Source: Phyllobates terribilis (Eukaryota). From it: a DNA stretch of 64,000 bases. The DNA is taken from NCBI RefSeq assembly GCF_046119375.1, contig NW_027362762.1, positions 29,450,001 through 29,514,000 of the forward strand, in the 5' to 3' direction. The notes below the pieces were generated by a model, which saw nothing but the letters and a program-made list of their open reading frames with translations, was not told the origin of the DNA and made no database searches. Below, piece by piece: positions 1-12,400 of the stretch. Numbering within the stretch: the first letter of the stretch is position 1; every line of letters begins with the position of its first letter. The translations under genes were made by a program, and so were the position numbers.

Positions 1-220
1 AATACATGATGTATATGGCCCATTGGCTAGTGTTTATTGGATAGTTTCTTCTCGGGGGTGCTGGTACACTTTCCTCATCCCCTCCTGCTGCTATCTTTCG
101 CCTTTGGTGCCTTTTTCTTTCTTTTTTGTCTGCACGTTTTCCATATCTTCTTCACCTTCTTGTCCTATCTTTTTGGCTGCACATTCTCGTGAATCAGTTT
201 CTATTTGCCGCACGTGATAA

Positions 221-1218
221 TGTGGCACCCCAGGGGTCTGGTTTCCACAGTAATGCAATGTTATGTCTGAGAGCAGGTGGGAGGTCTCTTGGTCAGGAAT
301 CCTATGCATGCCACACCTCCTGCCCAGTCCTGGGAGGGGAAGGACTTCCCCTATATAAACCTGGGGCTGAGGCAGGGTTAGTGAGTAGAGAAGAAGTAGA
401 GACAGAGAAAAGAAGCAAATATAGGAACAGAACATCAGGAGCTCTGTGGGAGCAGTGTTACAAGGAGTCAGGGGCTGGCAGCTGCAGAGCTCGCCCTGAC
501 TGAGAAGTTATCACCGGACCCGGAGTCCGAGGCTGTGGGGACTAACTCCTACCCAGCAGCAGAATCCGTCAGGCAGGGGATTTCAGGTCCTCTGGCCAAG
601 AAACCCGAAGGCACGGTCACACGCATGGGACCAGCACCGCCGTCGTGGAGCGGAAGCTACTAGAAGGCCCCGAGTCACCGGCCATACGGGTGAGCACCAC
701 ACGGTACACTCAGGGACGTGGGCTACTTATACCCGCCTCTAGCAAGGTAGCCAGAAGAGTACAGTTAGTTTGGGAGGCCTACAACTCCGCCTGGCCAGGG
801 GAGATCCCATCTGCTCAAGGACTGACCAGGCCCCAATCGCTAGCCAGTACTCCGGGAGGGTCTATCTTTGTCACCAGTAAAGACCCTGAACTACACCGTA
901 CCGTCTCCGAGTGGTTCCTGCTACCCCCATCATCCACGTCGGCTGCCCTGAGGCCATACCCCTCCCGTTGGGGGTTATACTATCACGCTGCACAATTCTA
1001 CCACCGGCCTCAGCGGTCTGCCCTGCAGCAGCAGCTCCTTAGCTGTACTCAACGGGTGGCGTAGTCGTCCAACATCTACCGCTGATACAGCGCCACTTAG
1101 TCTGACTCCCTGGGCACGGACCGGATCACCGCCACGAGACTACAACCCTCAAAAGATCCGGCTCCGGGTAAGCTCCCGCGTGCGCAACGCAGCGCGACAC
1201 AGGCCCAGGGGCGCGTCA
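221..1218 (+). mobile_element. Solo LTR, Ty3/Gypsy family related to the element at 38-50 kb
   Basis: Starts TGTGGCACCCC and ends GGCGCGTCA; 4-bp TSD ATAA (217-220, 1219-1222); TATA-like TATATAAA 352-359; AGTAAA 876-881; similar along its length to the LTRs at 38148-39115 and 47915-49876. Confidence 0.92.
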
Positions 1219-1399
1219 ATAATATCTCGCTAATTAGTGCTATTATTATATATTATTATATTTTCTGCGCTGATATACATGTTATAATTAGTTACCACTA
1301 TACTGTTTGGCTGATGATTGTCTAGACCTATTTCTCCATTACCAGCATAATCTATGAGATTTCGGTAATCTCATGCCACCATTGCTTTTTTTTCCTGAC

Positions 1400-1990
1400 T
1401 GAAATGGAAACGGCTGCATTTTTTGAAAGAAGAAGAAGGGCAATTCTTTCAGAGGTTTTTCACCATTGAAAGCAATGAGAAACTGGAAAAACGCAGCAAA
1501 ACCGCTACATGTGAACATAGCCTTAGGGGTGGAGGAGGAGTTTTATTTATTTCTCTCTTTTTTTATTTCTCTCTTTTTTTTTTTCTCTCTTTTTTTATTT
1601 TGCCTTATATACAAGTAATTATACTGGAGAGAATGTTTCCTGACATATTTCCCAGGAACGTCCATTTTGGTTTCGTTTTTGAATGTTTTATTGTGAGTCC
1701 TTAAAAGTGGCGTAATACCTCTGACCACGTTGTTGACAGCAGTGACCTGGGGGTCAGAAATGCTTCCAGGGGTCTTCCCCATGCTGTCCCAATGTCATAT
1801 AAGTGCTGTTTCTATCTGTTTCAGTGATTTTCCTGCCCCCCTAGACCACCTGGTAGGGTCTGCCGGAAAAACGTTGGAGTTTCCCATTGACTTCCATTAT
1901 ACTCGGTACTCGGGTCGGGTCCGTCCAAGCATCTGACCTGCTCGATTCCAGTACCAAGCTCTCGAGCAGTTTAGCGCTCGATCATCACTA
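1400..1990. mobile_element. Terminal fragment of a TAGTGATGAGCG-type hAT element
   Basis: Ends CGATCATCACTA (TIR-like); the subterminal sequence is the reverse complement of the 19638-20140 end of the second hAT; partner end not in window; left boundary approximate. Confidence 0.7.
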
Positions 1991-2084
1991 CTTCTGATTC
2001 ATCATTTGTCATTTCTTGATGTCACTTTTCACTTTTTTCAGTTTTCTGGTATTTGCTGATTTTTGTGTGAAATATATTCAAAAC

Positions 2085-2599
2085 TGGTTAGCACAGTATG
2101 GTGGCTCAGTGGTTAGCACTGTATGGTGGCTCAGTGGTTAGCACAGTATGGTGGCTCACTGGTTAGCACTGTATGGTGGCTCAGTGGTTAGCACTGTATG
2201 GTGGCTCAGTGGTTAGCACAGTATGGTGGCTCAGTGGTTAGCACTGTATGGTGGCTCAGTGGTTAGCACTGTATGGTGGCTCAGTGGTTAGCACAGTATG
2301 GTGGCTCACTGGTTAGCACAGTATGGTGGCTCACTGGTTAGCACTGTATGGTGGCTCAGTGGTTAGCACTGTATGGTGGCTCAGTGGTTAGCACTGTATG
2401 GTGGCTCAGTGGTTAGCACTGTATGGTGGCTCAGTGGTTAGCACAGTATGGTGGCTCACTGGTTAGCACAGTATGGTGGCTCACTGGTTAGCACTGTATG
2501 GTGGCTCAGTGGTTAGCACTGTATGGTGGCTCAGTGGTTAGCACTGTATGGTGGCTCACTGGTTAGCACTGTATGGTGGCTCAGTGGTTAGCACTGTAG
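2085..2599 (+). repeat. 25-bp tandem array GTGGCTCA(G/C)TGGTTAGCAC(T/A)GTATG, 20 copies plus a partial, made of the SINE 5' A-box
   Basis: Units start at 2101+25n up to 2576; the last unit runs directly into the SINE body. Confidence 0.95.
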
Positions 2600-2823
2600 C
2601 CCTGCAGCGCTGGGGTCCTGGGTTCAAATCCCACCAACGACAACATCTGCAAGGAGTTTGTATGTTCTCCCCGTGTTTGTGTGGGTTTCCTCCGGGTTCT
2701 CCGGTTTCCTCTCACACTCCAAAGACTGATAGGGAATGTAGATTGTGAGCCCCAATGGGGACAGCGACGATAATGTATGTAAAGTGCTGTGGAATTAATG
2801 GCGCTATATAAGTGAGTAAAATA
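2576..2823 (+). mobile_element. tRNA-derived SINE (V-SINE-like core, L2-like tail)
   Basis: A-box TGGCTCAGTGG, B-box GGTTCAAATCC 2621-2631, central GGAGTTTGTATGTTCTCCCCGTG...GGGTTTCCTCCGG domain, tail GGCGCTATATAAGTGAGTAAAATA; related copies at about 17580 and 50160. Confidence 0.85.
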
Positions 2824-3129
2824 CAGGAGGAGTGAGGGCTTACAATCTATGAGGAACAAGGGGGGACACAATGGGTAAAAATGTGCTTGTCATGTACGTA
2901 TAATAGGGGGATTCACATAACACTCCATGAGCACTTAGTAACCATCTAAACAGTGTACAGTAGAGATGAGCGAATATTTCAATGTTCGGCTCGGATTACA
3001 ATCACCGATATATTTGCCGAACATTACCGAACACCATTGGATTCAATAGGAGGCAAAACCAAACGCAGCTGCCAAAACAGATCAAATTATGGGCAGACAC
3101 CAAGAAAGTGCCATCAATTGACCCAGAGT

Positions 3130-3293
3130 ACAAGTACTATAATTATTATTATTTATTATTATAGCGACATTTATTCTGTGACACTTTACATGTGAAAAGG
3201 GGTCACCGACTGGTACAAGAGGAGAGAGGACCCTGCCCGCGTGGGCGCACAAACAATCTACAGGGGATGGGTGAGGATAGGTCAGGGTACAGC
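3130..3293 (-). mobile_element. L2-like LINE 3' end fragment
   Basis: (TAT)n tail plus GAGGACCCTGCCCGCG...CAATCTACA segment typical of L2 3' ends (recognised from memory); same orientation as the L2 RT fragment at 4522-5620. Confidence 0.5.
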
Positions 3294-3295
3294 TA

Positions 3296-3875
3296 CACTG
3301 TGTTCCAAATTATTCTGCAAATAATATTTTCTCAGATTTTCCCAAATTACCTCTATGAATTGCAGTCATTGTCATTTTCCAGTCAAATAACTATTAGAGG
3401 ACAATTGAAAGGTTTTTGTACAAACTGCCGATGATAACAGGAGATTTATAAAAAAATAAAAAAAAATCAAACTGCCCTCAAAATGCATGTTCCAAATTAT
3501 TATGCACAGCAGAGTTTTCAACCTTTTCATTTTAATAAAGAACAAAAAAATGGTCATTTGTGAAATTATAAGCATTAGCCGGTTATTACACACTGAAACC
3601 AAACAGTTTTCAACTCAAAACTTTATTCTAGGTGATGTTACATTTGCACATAGGACCCCTTGTTGGAAAGGAGCTTCTGAACTCTCTCGTCCATTGAATT
3701 TGTCAGGTTTTGAATGGTTTCTGCTTCAATTGTTTTGCATGAGGACAGAATACCCTCCCAGAGCTGTTGCTTAGATGTGAACTGCCTCCCGCCATCATAG
3801 ACACTCCTTTTGATGATGCTCCAGAGGTTCTCAATGGGGTAGAGGTCAGGGGAGCATGGGGGTCACACCATAAGT
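3296..3875 (-). mobile_element. Tc1/mariner fragment (transposase C-terminus plus 3' TIR)
   Basis: Minus strand reads *PPCSPDLYPIENLWSIIKRSVYDGGRQF...SNKGSYVQM*; terminal CACTGTGTTCCAAATTATT after TA (3294-3295), with an internal repeat of this motif near 3487. Confidence 0.8.
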
Positions 3876-3915
3876 TTGTCCCCTTTTATGCCCATAACAG
3901 CCAGAGATGCAGATG

Positions 3916-4521
3916 TGTTATGTGCAGCATGAGACTGTTCCAGTCCACCAGTCTGACTACTCTCCAGCCCGACGGCCTGCCTTCCGTTCTGCCCGCCAGT
4001 CTGTCTATGGGCAAGTCCGCCTGCTTACCAGGAAGCACCTGCCAGTTGCCTGCCAGCTACCTGCCGTGCCTGCTAGCCCACTCACCTGGGAGCACTCGCC
4101 TGTTACCTGTCTGTTCCTGCCCGTTACCTGCCTGCTACCTGCCGTGCCTGCTAGCCCGCTCACCTGGGAGTACTCGCCTGTTACCTGATAGCCTACCTGG
4201 AGGCTCCTGCTGTCACTTGCCGTGACCACCTGTCTGTTACCTAGAGACATCAACCTGCTCTGCCGTCATGTGCCGTGATCACCCGTCAACTATCCAGAGA
4301 CTTCTGCCTGCCTGTTGTGTCCATCCGCTATATCGGTCAGTCCCAGTCTGCTGACCCGTGGGAGCCAGAGTAGCACCTGGTCCCTCTGCTCGGTCCCTCC
4401 CTGGTCACGGAGTCGTTAGCCGCCGTACGACCAGGGTCGGTCTGAGTTGATACTTAGTTACGCCCCTCTGGGTCCCTCCTTGCACCGCGGCACAGAGGTT
4501 CCACCACCCAGATCCGTAACA
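3916..4521. mobile_element. LTR-like element with internal short duplications
   Basis: TGTTA...TAACA inverted termini; duplicated segment CCTGCCGTGCCTGCTAGCCC at 4060-4190; interrupts the L2 fragment; no matching TSD found. Confidence 0.45.
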
Positions 4522-5620
4522 GTGGACAGACATTGTGGGATTCTAGTTAGTAATGAGGTGATATCAGGTCCAGAGGGGTAGATCTGTGTGCCATCAGCAT
4601 AGAGGTGATACTGAAAGCTGTGAGAGCTTTCCCAGGCCAAAGGTGTATATGAAGAAGAGCAGGGGACCTAGAACTGAACCTTGGGGGACACCGACACATA
4701 GGGGGCGAGATGAGGAGGTGGTGTGGGAGACGCTGAATATCCTGTCTGTTAGGTATGAGGAAATCCAACAAAGGGCAAAGTCTGTGATACCAAGAGATCA
4801 GGTAGTTTGTAGTAAGAGGGAATGGTCCACTGTGCTGAAGGCAGATGCCAGGAGGAGGAGGAAAAACTAGCGTCATTTGGATTTGGCGATTAGTAGGTTG
4901 TTGGTGACTTTAGTCAGGGCAGTTTCAGTGAAGTAATGCAGTCGGAAGCCAGATTGTAAGCGGTCAAAGAGGGAGCAGGTGGAGAGGTGGGAGGACAGTT
5001 CAAAATAGATGTGGTGTTCCCATAGTTTGGAGACATAGGGGAGAAGTGAGATGGCACAATAGCTAGACACAGAGGATGGGTCAAGGGAGGGCTTTTTGAC
5101 AGTGGGTGTAATCGAGGTATGTTTGACTCATGAGGGGAAGACACCAATTGTTAGTGACAGGTTGAAGAGGTGGGTTAGGCTTGGGATGAAGATTGTGGTA
5201 AGGTTTGGAATGAGGTGGGACTGTATTGGGTCAAGTTCAAAGGTGGTGAGATATGATTTGGAGGGTAAAGATGATCTTCTGTGATGGCGGAGAAGCTGGT
5301 TTTGGAGGAGGAGAATTGAGTAGTTATGAAGAGGGCCTGTGGGGACTTTAAGCAAAAGCTTTGCCTTATGTTGTTAATCTTCTGCTTGAAGAATGAGTCA
5401 AAGTCTTCAGCTGAGATGAGAGGAGAGGGAGGGGGAGCTGGGGGACAGAGGAGGGACTTGAAAGTACTGAATAGCTGTTTGTGATTGTGAGACAGGTATG
5501 ATATGAGAGATGAGAAGTAGGTTTGTTTTGCTGCAGTGAGCAATTGTGCAGAATTTTGACAACTTCTGTTACTGGATGGGCTACTCCACTCTGTACGCTT
5601 TGCAGATGAGGGCCAGAAAG
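4522..5620 (-). pseudogene. L2 LINE ORF2 reverse transcriptase fragment
   Basis: Frame fragments AAKQTYFSSLISYLSHN..., [43 protein letters not shown] (YADD motif degenerate); frameshifted. Confidence 0.88.
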
Positions 5621-5639
5621 AACATGTGCTCCAGTAGAT

Positions 5640-7570
5640 GGCAAACGCTACATCAAATGGCCTTTGCTCCTCTTCCTTCACCTTAACATCACACACAGTA
5701 CATTCCTCAGAGGTGGCACCCCAATTACCCTTTTTGTCCCTCGCATCACAACTCTCCAACCGCCAAACTGACTGTGGGGAACCACTGATGGGCGAGTCTG
5801 CAGAGCTGTTCACATGTTCTATTCCGGGGCATCAGAGGTCTGATCCAAAGCTTCACAGACTCAAGAGGGGGAAAGCATGTGCAGCGATGCCCCAAATTTT
5901 TTTCAGTTTAACCCCTAGGGGTGGAGGTGATCCTGATGAGACTCAGATACTTGAGATACATGCGGACTATACTGTGCTATCAGGGCAGGAAAATGAGGAG
6001 GGTGACTCTCAGGGCGAGGAGTGGGAGAACAGAGAGGATGACCATGAAGTTGTAGATCCCACTTGGTGTAAACCCCGAGGCATGCAGCTGAGTAGCTAAG
6101 CAGAGGAGGTGGAGGAGAAGGAAAATGAGGAGGTTACGTTGCGGCTTCCCGCACTGACACAGAGATATGCAACCACGACAAGCACGGCATTCTCAGCTCC
6201 AACTCTGGCAGTGGCCAGCAGCATTCGTTGGTCTGCAGTTGCCTAGCCTGGGTCTTTATTGAGACCATAAAAAATGACACAACTCACGTTATCTGACAAC
6301 TTTGTTAAAAACGACAGAGTCGAGTAAAAAAAATGCAATAATTCGACTACTACATGCATGAATTGGCACATGCGCGATCAACATGCATTAATCTGGGAAT
6401 CTCACTGTGCTAAAATGCATACTAGTGGGCCTCCTCCTCCGTCATCGTGGCAAGTGTTCTCACACAGGTCTCTGGCCGCAGAACCTTCACTTGTTTACCG
6501 GCTACAGTCGGGGTGAGTGAGAGCCCATCAGCTGTTATGGAAGTGGACATGCCTGCTGTTTTTGACTGATCTCAGACACGGAGCACACCACATCTTTCTC
6601 AATCCACGGTAACATTTCTGCCTGCACCTCTCTCACAGTCCAGCAGCTTGTCATGTTCATCCTACTCCACCCTCTCTCAGCACAGCAGCAAGCCCTCAAT
6701 CCCACATTTGTGGTCACGTAAAAGATTGTTTGCTCCTTCACATGCCAAAGCAAAGAGCTTGAACTTCACCATCTCCAATCTGTTGGCCATGGAAATGCTG
6801 CCTTTCTGCCTGGTGGATACAGATGGTTTCCGAAAGCTGATGGCTGTCGCAGTCCCCCAGTACCAGTTGCAAAGTCGCCATTATGTTTGTAAGAAATATG
6901 TGCCTGCGTTACACCAGCATATTGCAGACAACATCAACCGTTCCTTGAAAAAATCTAGGTCTGACTGGGTGCATTTCACCACTGACACCTGGACAAGCAA
7001 GCATGGCCAGGGGCGTTACATCTCGCTAACTGGGCACTGGGTGACTCTGGTGGCTCTGGGGGCAGGCAGGGAATGAGCTGCTCCACAAGTCTTGGAACCC
7101 CCAAGGCTTGCAGGGCTATTGGGGATGGAGAACTAAACCACTACCCACCAGAAGATGGAAAACTAAACTAATAGACAACAGTGGTTGGAGAACTAACCTA
7201 CTAAACAGCTAGGGATGGAGAACGAAACAAATAAACACCAGAACATGGAGAACTAAACTAAGAGACAACAAGGATTGGAGAACTAAACCCACTAGACAGC
7301 TTGGGTTGGAGAACTAAACTACTACACACCAGGGGATGGAGAACTAAAGCACTAGACACCAAGGTGTCGCTAGACAGCAAGCCTTGGAATCCCCAGGGCT
7401 TGCGGGACAAACCTCTAGTGCTTCTGCCTCCTTCACCTCCTCTAAGGCCTCCACCCATGCCCTCAACCTCTGCATTAATGAGACACATGTTCCAACACTG
7501 CAGAGAGAATGCCCCCCACCTCATAACTGCGCAGCCAGGTATCTCCGCAATCAGGCAGTGTTTAAATTAA
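5640..7570 (+). pseudogene. hAT transposase 1, N-terminal half (degenerate BED finger, FTTDTW catalytic D)
   Basis: ORF 6648-7076 LAMEMLPFCLVDTDGFRKLM...WVHFTTDTWTSKHGQGRYISLTGHW; ends at QAVFKL where the Penelope element inserts. Confidence 0.85.
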
Positions 7571-7987
7571 TCAACACAAAAACCTCAGGCTATAAACCCA
7601 CGGTTATAAGGAAGCAAAAAGAGAAAAGACTCGTAAAATAAATAATTTATTTCAATATTTTTTAAAAATACTAGTAGAAGTTAAAAAACAGGTGCCTTCA
7701 AAACAGCCCACAACAAGCATACATCCCTCTTGGCTATTACAAAAAAATCAATCAACACCCTATTTAAAATAATAGTATATTACATCAGTAACTGATATTG
7801 CACATGCCTTTTTAGTAAAGTGCTATAGTTGCTGAACAAAGTGTGTATACACATTTAAGGAAGCCTTCAATAATTAAAGTGCCAATGTGCACATATACAC
7901 ATTTAGTAAGCAACCAGGCAATGTGAACTGAGGTCTAAGATGGTAGACATGCAAGAAATAGGAGCATGTTCACACTAGCAAAAAAGA

Positions 7988-8445
7988 AACAAAACCTACA
8001 AAAGACAAAAGACAAAAATATATCTCATACCCTACCATCATTATATATAAATGTAAAGCAAAGTTGCATAATAAATATAGGGTACTTAGTGAACTATTTT
8101 TGATCAAAAAAAGTATACAAGCCGTCCCACCAGCGGCAAGGTGACCCTAAATTGGGACGGTACCTATACTGCCTATATTAAAAACCTTACTGTATATCAA
8201 AGTTGAAGCAATGCATATAAAAGGTTAGACAAATAGGACCGGGTAAGGTTTTTAATATAGGCAGTATAGGTACCATCCCAATTTAGGGTCACCTTGCCGC
8301 TGGTGGGACGGCTTGTATACTTTTTTTGATCAAAAATAGTTCACTAAGTACCCTATATTTATTATGCAACTTTGCTTTACATTTATATATAATGATGGTA
8401 GGGTATGAGATATATTTTTGTCTTTTGTCTTTTGTAGGTTTTGTT
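7988..8445. repeat. Near-perfect inverted repeat, 203-bp arms and 52-bp spacer
   Basis: 7988-8190 is the reverse complement of 8243-8445 with one mismatch seen. Confidence 0.95.
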
Positions 8446-9491
8446 ACATTTAGTAAGCAGAAAAAGTGCAAAAAAGTGTACATATAAGTAGAATTCAAGG
8501 CAGTGCAGACAAATACAAATATATATATACTCTATGCAGCCTATTCACTCAAGTAGTGAAGTTAAACCTGTAAGGTGGAGGCATTAGAGTAGAGACTTTT
8601 TTTTCCAAGGGTTACTTACATAATGTTTGCAAAAGAAAGAAATAGCCTGGGTTGGATGTGGCGCTGTAAACCCCGACGACGCCGTTTCGCCTTCAGTTTT
8701 TTCAAAAGGGGCATGTACTGAAGTGTGGTCTAAGTGCCACTATAAATGTGTAGTGGGCAGGTGAGTTTAATTAACAATAATGAATGGGGAGACATGATAG
8801 GGTTTTCGGCGCATGCGTTAGCTACACAGGGTCCCATTTATGAATGAGAACTTCCGTACTCCAGCGCGTGACGCGCAAGCGTGGAACGCATGCCGCGTCT
8901 ATTGCGCAGGACCGGAAGTTCAATGGGCCCGTTCGCGCGCATGCGCACTCTCCATCTAAAGAATTCCCATATAACAGTGGCGGAGTTCAACGGAGGCGTG
9001 GAGAACAGGAAGATAAATGTACTCTCGCGACCATCGCGTACAGAAGGTAAATATACAGGAGAGAAGTGACAGGACATTGAGAATATAATAAAGATTATAG
9101 AAAAAAGAAAAAGAAAGATTAGTGAGTGAAAACAAGAATAGGAATATATTAGTGGGTTACTAGGAATAAGTGGGTAAGAAATACCTGGCAAATAAGAAAA
9201 AATAATAAATATATCATCAAAATTAGTACAAGATAAATTAATAATGCAGACGTGAAAATATAAAAGTGCAAGAGAATAAACATAAATACATACAATTCTA
9301 CTTATGAAAAAATAATGGCGATGAAAAAATTAATAAAAAGGTGCATTTCTTAAATTTCTTTTTTCTCTCTTTTCTTCCTTTCTTTCCTTTTCCTTCTCCT
9401 AATATAAAGATAAGAGTCCCTATGGTTGAATGGGGATCCAAAGAGGGATGCCAATGTCCCTTCATTTCCTGCGAATTTGGAGACCAAAAGC

Positions 9492-12400
9492 TATCTCCCA
9501 ACGCATGCAGCTTCCAGGACGCCACACACACAGGAGGGGAAGACATCCGAAACGAGTATCTCCCAACGCACGCAGCTTCCAGGACGCCAGACACACAGGA
9601 GGGGAAGACATCCAAAACGAGTATCTCCCAACGCACGCAGCTTCCAGGACTCCACACACACAGGAGGGGAAGACATCCCAAACGAGTATCTCCCAACGCA
9701 CGCAGCTTCCAGGACGCCACACACACAGGAGGGGAAGACATCCGAAACGAGTATCTCCCAACGCACGCAGCTTCCAGGACGCCACACACAGGAGGGGAAG
9801 ACATCCGAAACGAGTATCTCCCAACGCACGCAGCTTCCAGGACGCCACACACACAGGAGGGGAAGACATCCCAAACGAGTATCTCCCAACGCACGCAGCT
9901 TCCAGGACGCCACACACACAGGAGGGGAAGATATCCGAAACGAGTATCTCCCAACGCACTCAGCTTCCAGGACGCCACGCACACAGGAGGGGAAGACATC
10001 CGAAACGAGTATCTCCCAACGCACGCAGCTTCCAGGACGCCACACACACAGGAGGGGAAGACATCCCAAACGAGTATCTCCCAACGCATGCAGCTTCCAG
10101 GACGCCACACACAGGAGGGGAAGACATCCGAAACGAGTATCTCCCAACGCACGCAGCTTCCAGGACGCCACACACACAGGAGGGGAAGACATCCCAAACG
10201 AGTATCTCCCAACGCACGCAGCTTCCAGGACGCCACACACACAGGAGGGGAAGACATCCGAAACGAGTATCTCCCAACGCATGCAGCTTCCAGGACGCCA
10301 CACACAGGAGGGGAAGACATCCGAAACGAGTATCTCCCAATGCACGCAGCTTCCAGGACGCCACGCACACAGGAGGGGAAGACATCCCAAACGAGTATCT
10401 CCCAACGCATGCAGCTTCCAGGACGCCACACACACAGGAGGGGAAGACATCCCAAACGAGTATCTCCCAACGCACGCAGCTTCCAGGACGCCACACACAC
10501 AGGAGGGGAAGACATCTGAAACGAGTATCTCCCAACGCATGCAGCTTCCAGGACGCCACACACAGGAGGGGAAGACATCCGAAACGAGTATCTCCCAATG
10601 CACGCAGCTTCCAGGACGCCACACACACAGGAGGGGAAGACATCCGAAACGAGTATCTCCCAACGCACGCAGCTTCCAGGACGCCACACACACAGGAGGG
10701 GAAGACATCCGAAACGAGTATCTCCCAACGCACGCAGCTTCCAGGACGCCACACACAGGAGGGGAAGACATCCAAAACGAGTATCTCCCAACGCACGCAG
10801 CTTCCAGGACGCCACACACACAGGAGGGGAAGACATCCGAAACGAGTATCTCCCCACGCACGCAGCTTCCAGGACGCCACACACACAGGAGGGGAAGACA
10901 TCCGAAACGAGTATCTCCCAACGCACGCAGCTTCCAGGACGCCACACACACAGGAGGGGAAGACATCCGAAACAAGTATCTCCCAACGCACGCAGCTTCC
11001 AGGACGCCACACACAGGAGGGGAAGACATCCGAAACGAGTATCTCCCCACGCACGCAGCTTCCAGGACGCCACACACAGGAGGGGAAGACATCCGAAACG
11101 AGTATCTCCCAACGCACGCAGCTTCCAGGACACCACACACACAGGAGGGGAAGACATCCGAAACGAGTATCTCCCAACGCACGCAGCTTCCAGGACGCCA
11201 CACACACAGGAGGGGAAGACATCCGAAACGAGTATCTCCCAACGCACGCAGCTTCCAGGACGCCACACACACAGGAGGGGAAGACATCCGAAATGAGTAT
11301 CTCCCAATGCACGCAGCTTCCAGGACGCCACACACACAGGAGGGGAAGATATCCGAAACGAGTATCTCCCAACGCACGCAGCTTCCAGGACGCCACACAC
11401 ACAGGAGGGGAAGACATCCGAAACGAGTATCTCCCAACGCACGCAGCTTCCAGGACGCCACACACACAGGAGGGGAAGACATCCGAAACGAGTATCTCCC
11501 AACGCACTCAGCTTCCAGGACGCCACACACACAGGAGGGGAAGACATCCGAAACGAGTATCTCCCAACGCACTCAGCTTCCAGGACGCCACACACACAGG
11601 AGGGGAAGACATCCGAAACGAGTATCTCCCAATGCACGCAGCTTCCAGGACGCCACACACAGGAGAGGAAGACATCCGAAACGAGTATCTCCCAACGCAC
11701 GCAGCATCCAGGACGCCACACACAGGAGGGGAAGACATCCGAAACGAGTATCTCCCAACGCACGCAGCTTCCAGGACGCCACACACAGGAGGGGAAGACA
11801 TCCGAAACGAGTATCTCCCAACGCACGCAGCTTCCAGGACGCCACACACACAGGAGGGGAAGACATCCGAAACGAGTATCTCCCAACGCACGCAGCTTCC
11901 AGGACGCCACACACACAGGAGGGGAAGACATCCGAAACGAGTATCTCCCAACGCACGCAGCTTCCAGGACGCCACACACACAGGAGGGGAAGACATCCGA
12001 AACGAGTATCTCCCAATGCACGCAGCTTCCAGGACGCCACACACACAGGAGGGGAAGACATCCGAAACGAGTATCTCCCAACGCACGCAGCTTCCAGGAC
12101 GCCACACACACAGGAGGGGAAGACATCCGAAACGAGTATCTCCCAACGCACGCAGCTTCCAGGACGCCACACACACAGGAGGGGAAGACATCCCAAACGA
12201 GTATCTCCCAACGCACGCAGCTTCCAGGACGCCACACACACAGGAGGGGAAGATATCCGAAACGAGTATCTCCCAACGCACTCAGCTTCCAGGACGCCAC
12301 GCACACAGGAGGGGAAGACATCCGAAACGAGTATCTCCCAACGCACGCAGCTTCCAGGACGCCACACACACAGGAGGGGAAGACATCCCAAACGAGTATC

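Noticed and set aside
645-1064. Short ORFs shared among LTR copies (ESPAIRVSTARHTQG)
   Set aside because: Frames and stops differ between copies; the similarity reflects LTR nucleotide homology.
2576-2640. tRNA gene
   Set aside because: A and B boxes are present, but the sequence continues into a SINE body and tail and no full cloverleaf is supported.
3916-4521. Clean solo-LTR insertion with a TSD
   Set aside because: The flanks (AGATG / GTGGA) do not match; it is kept only as a low-confidence LTR-like feature.
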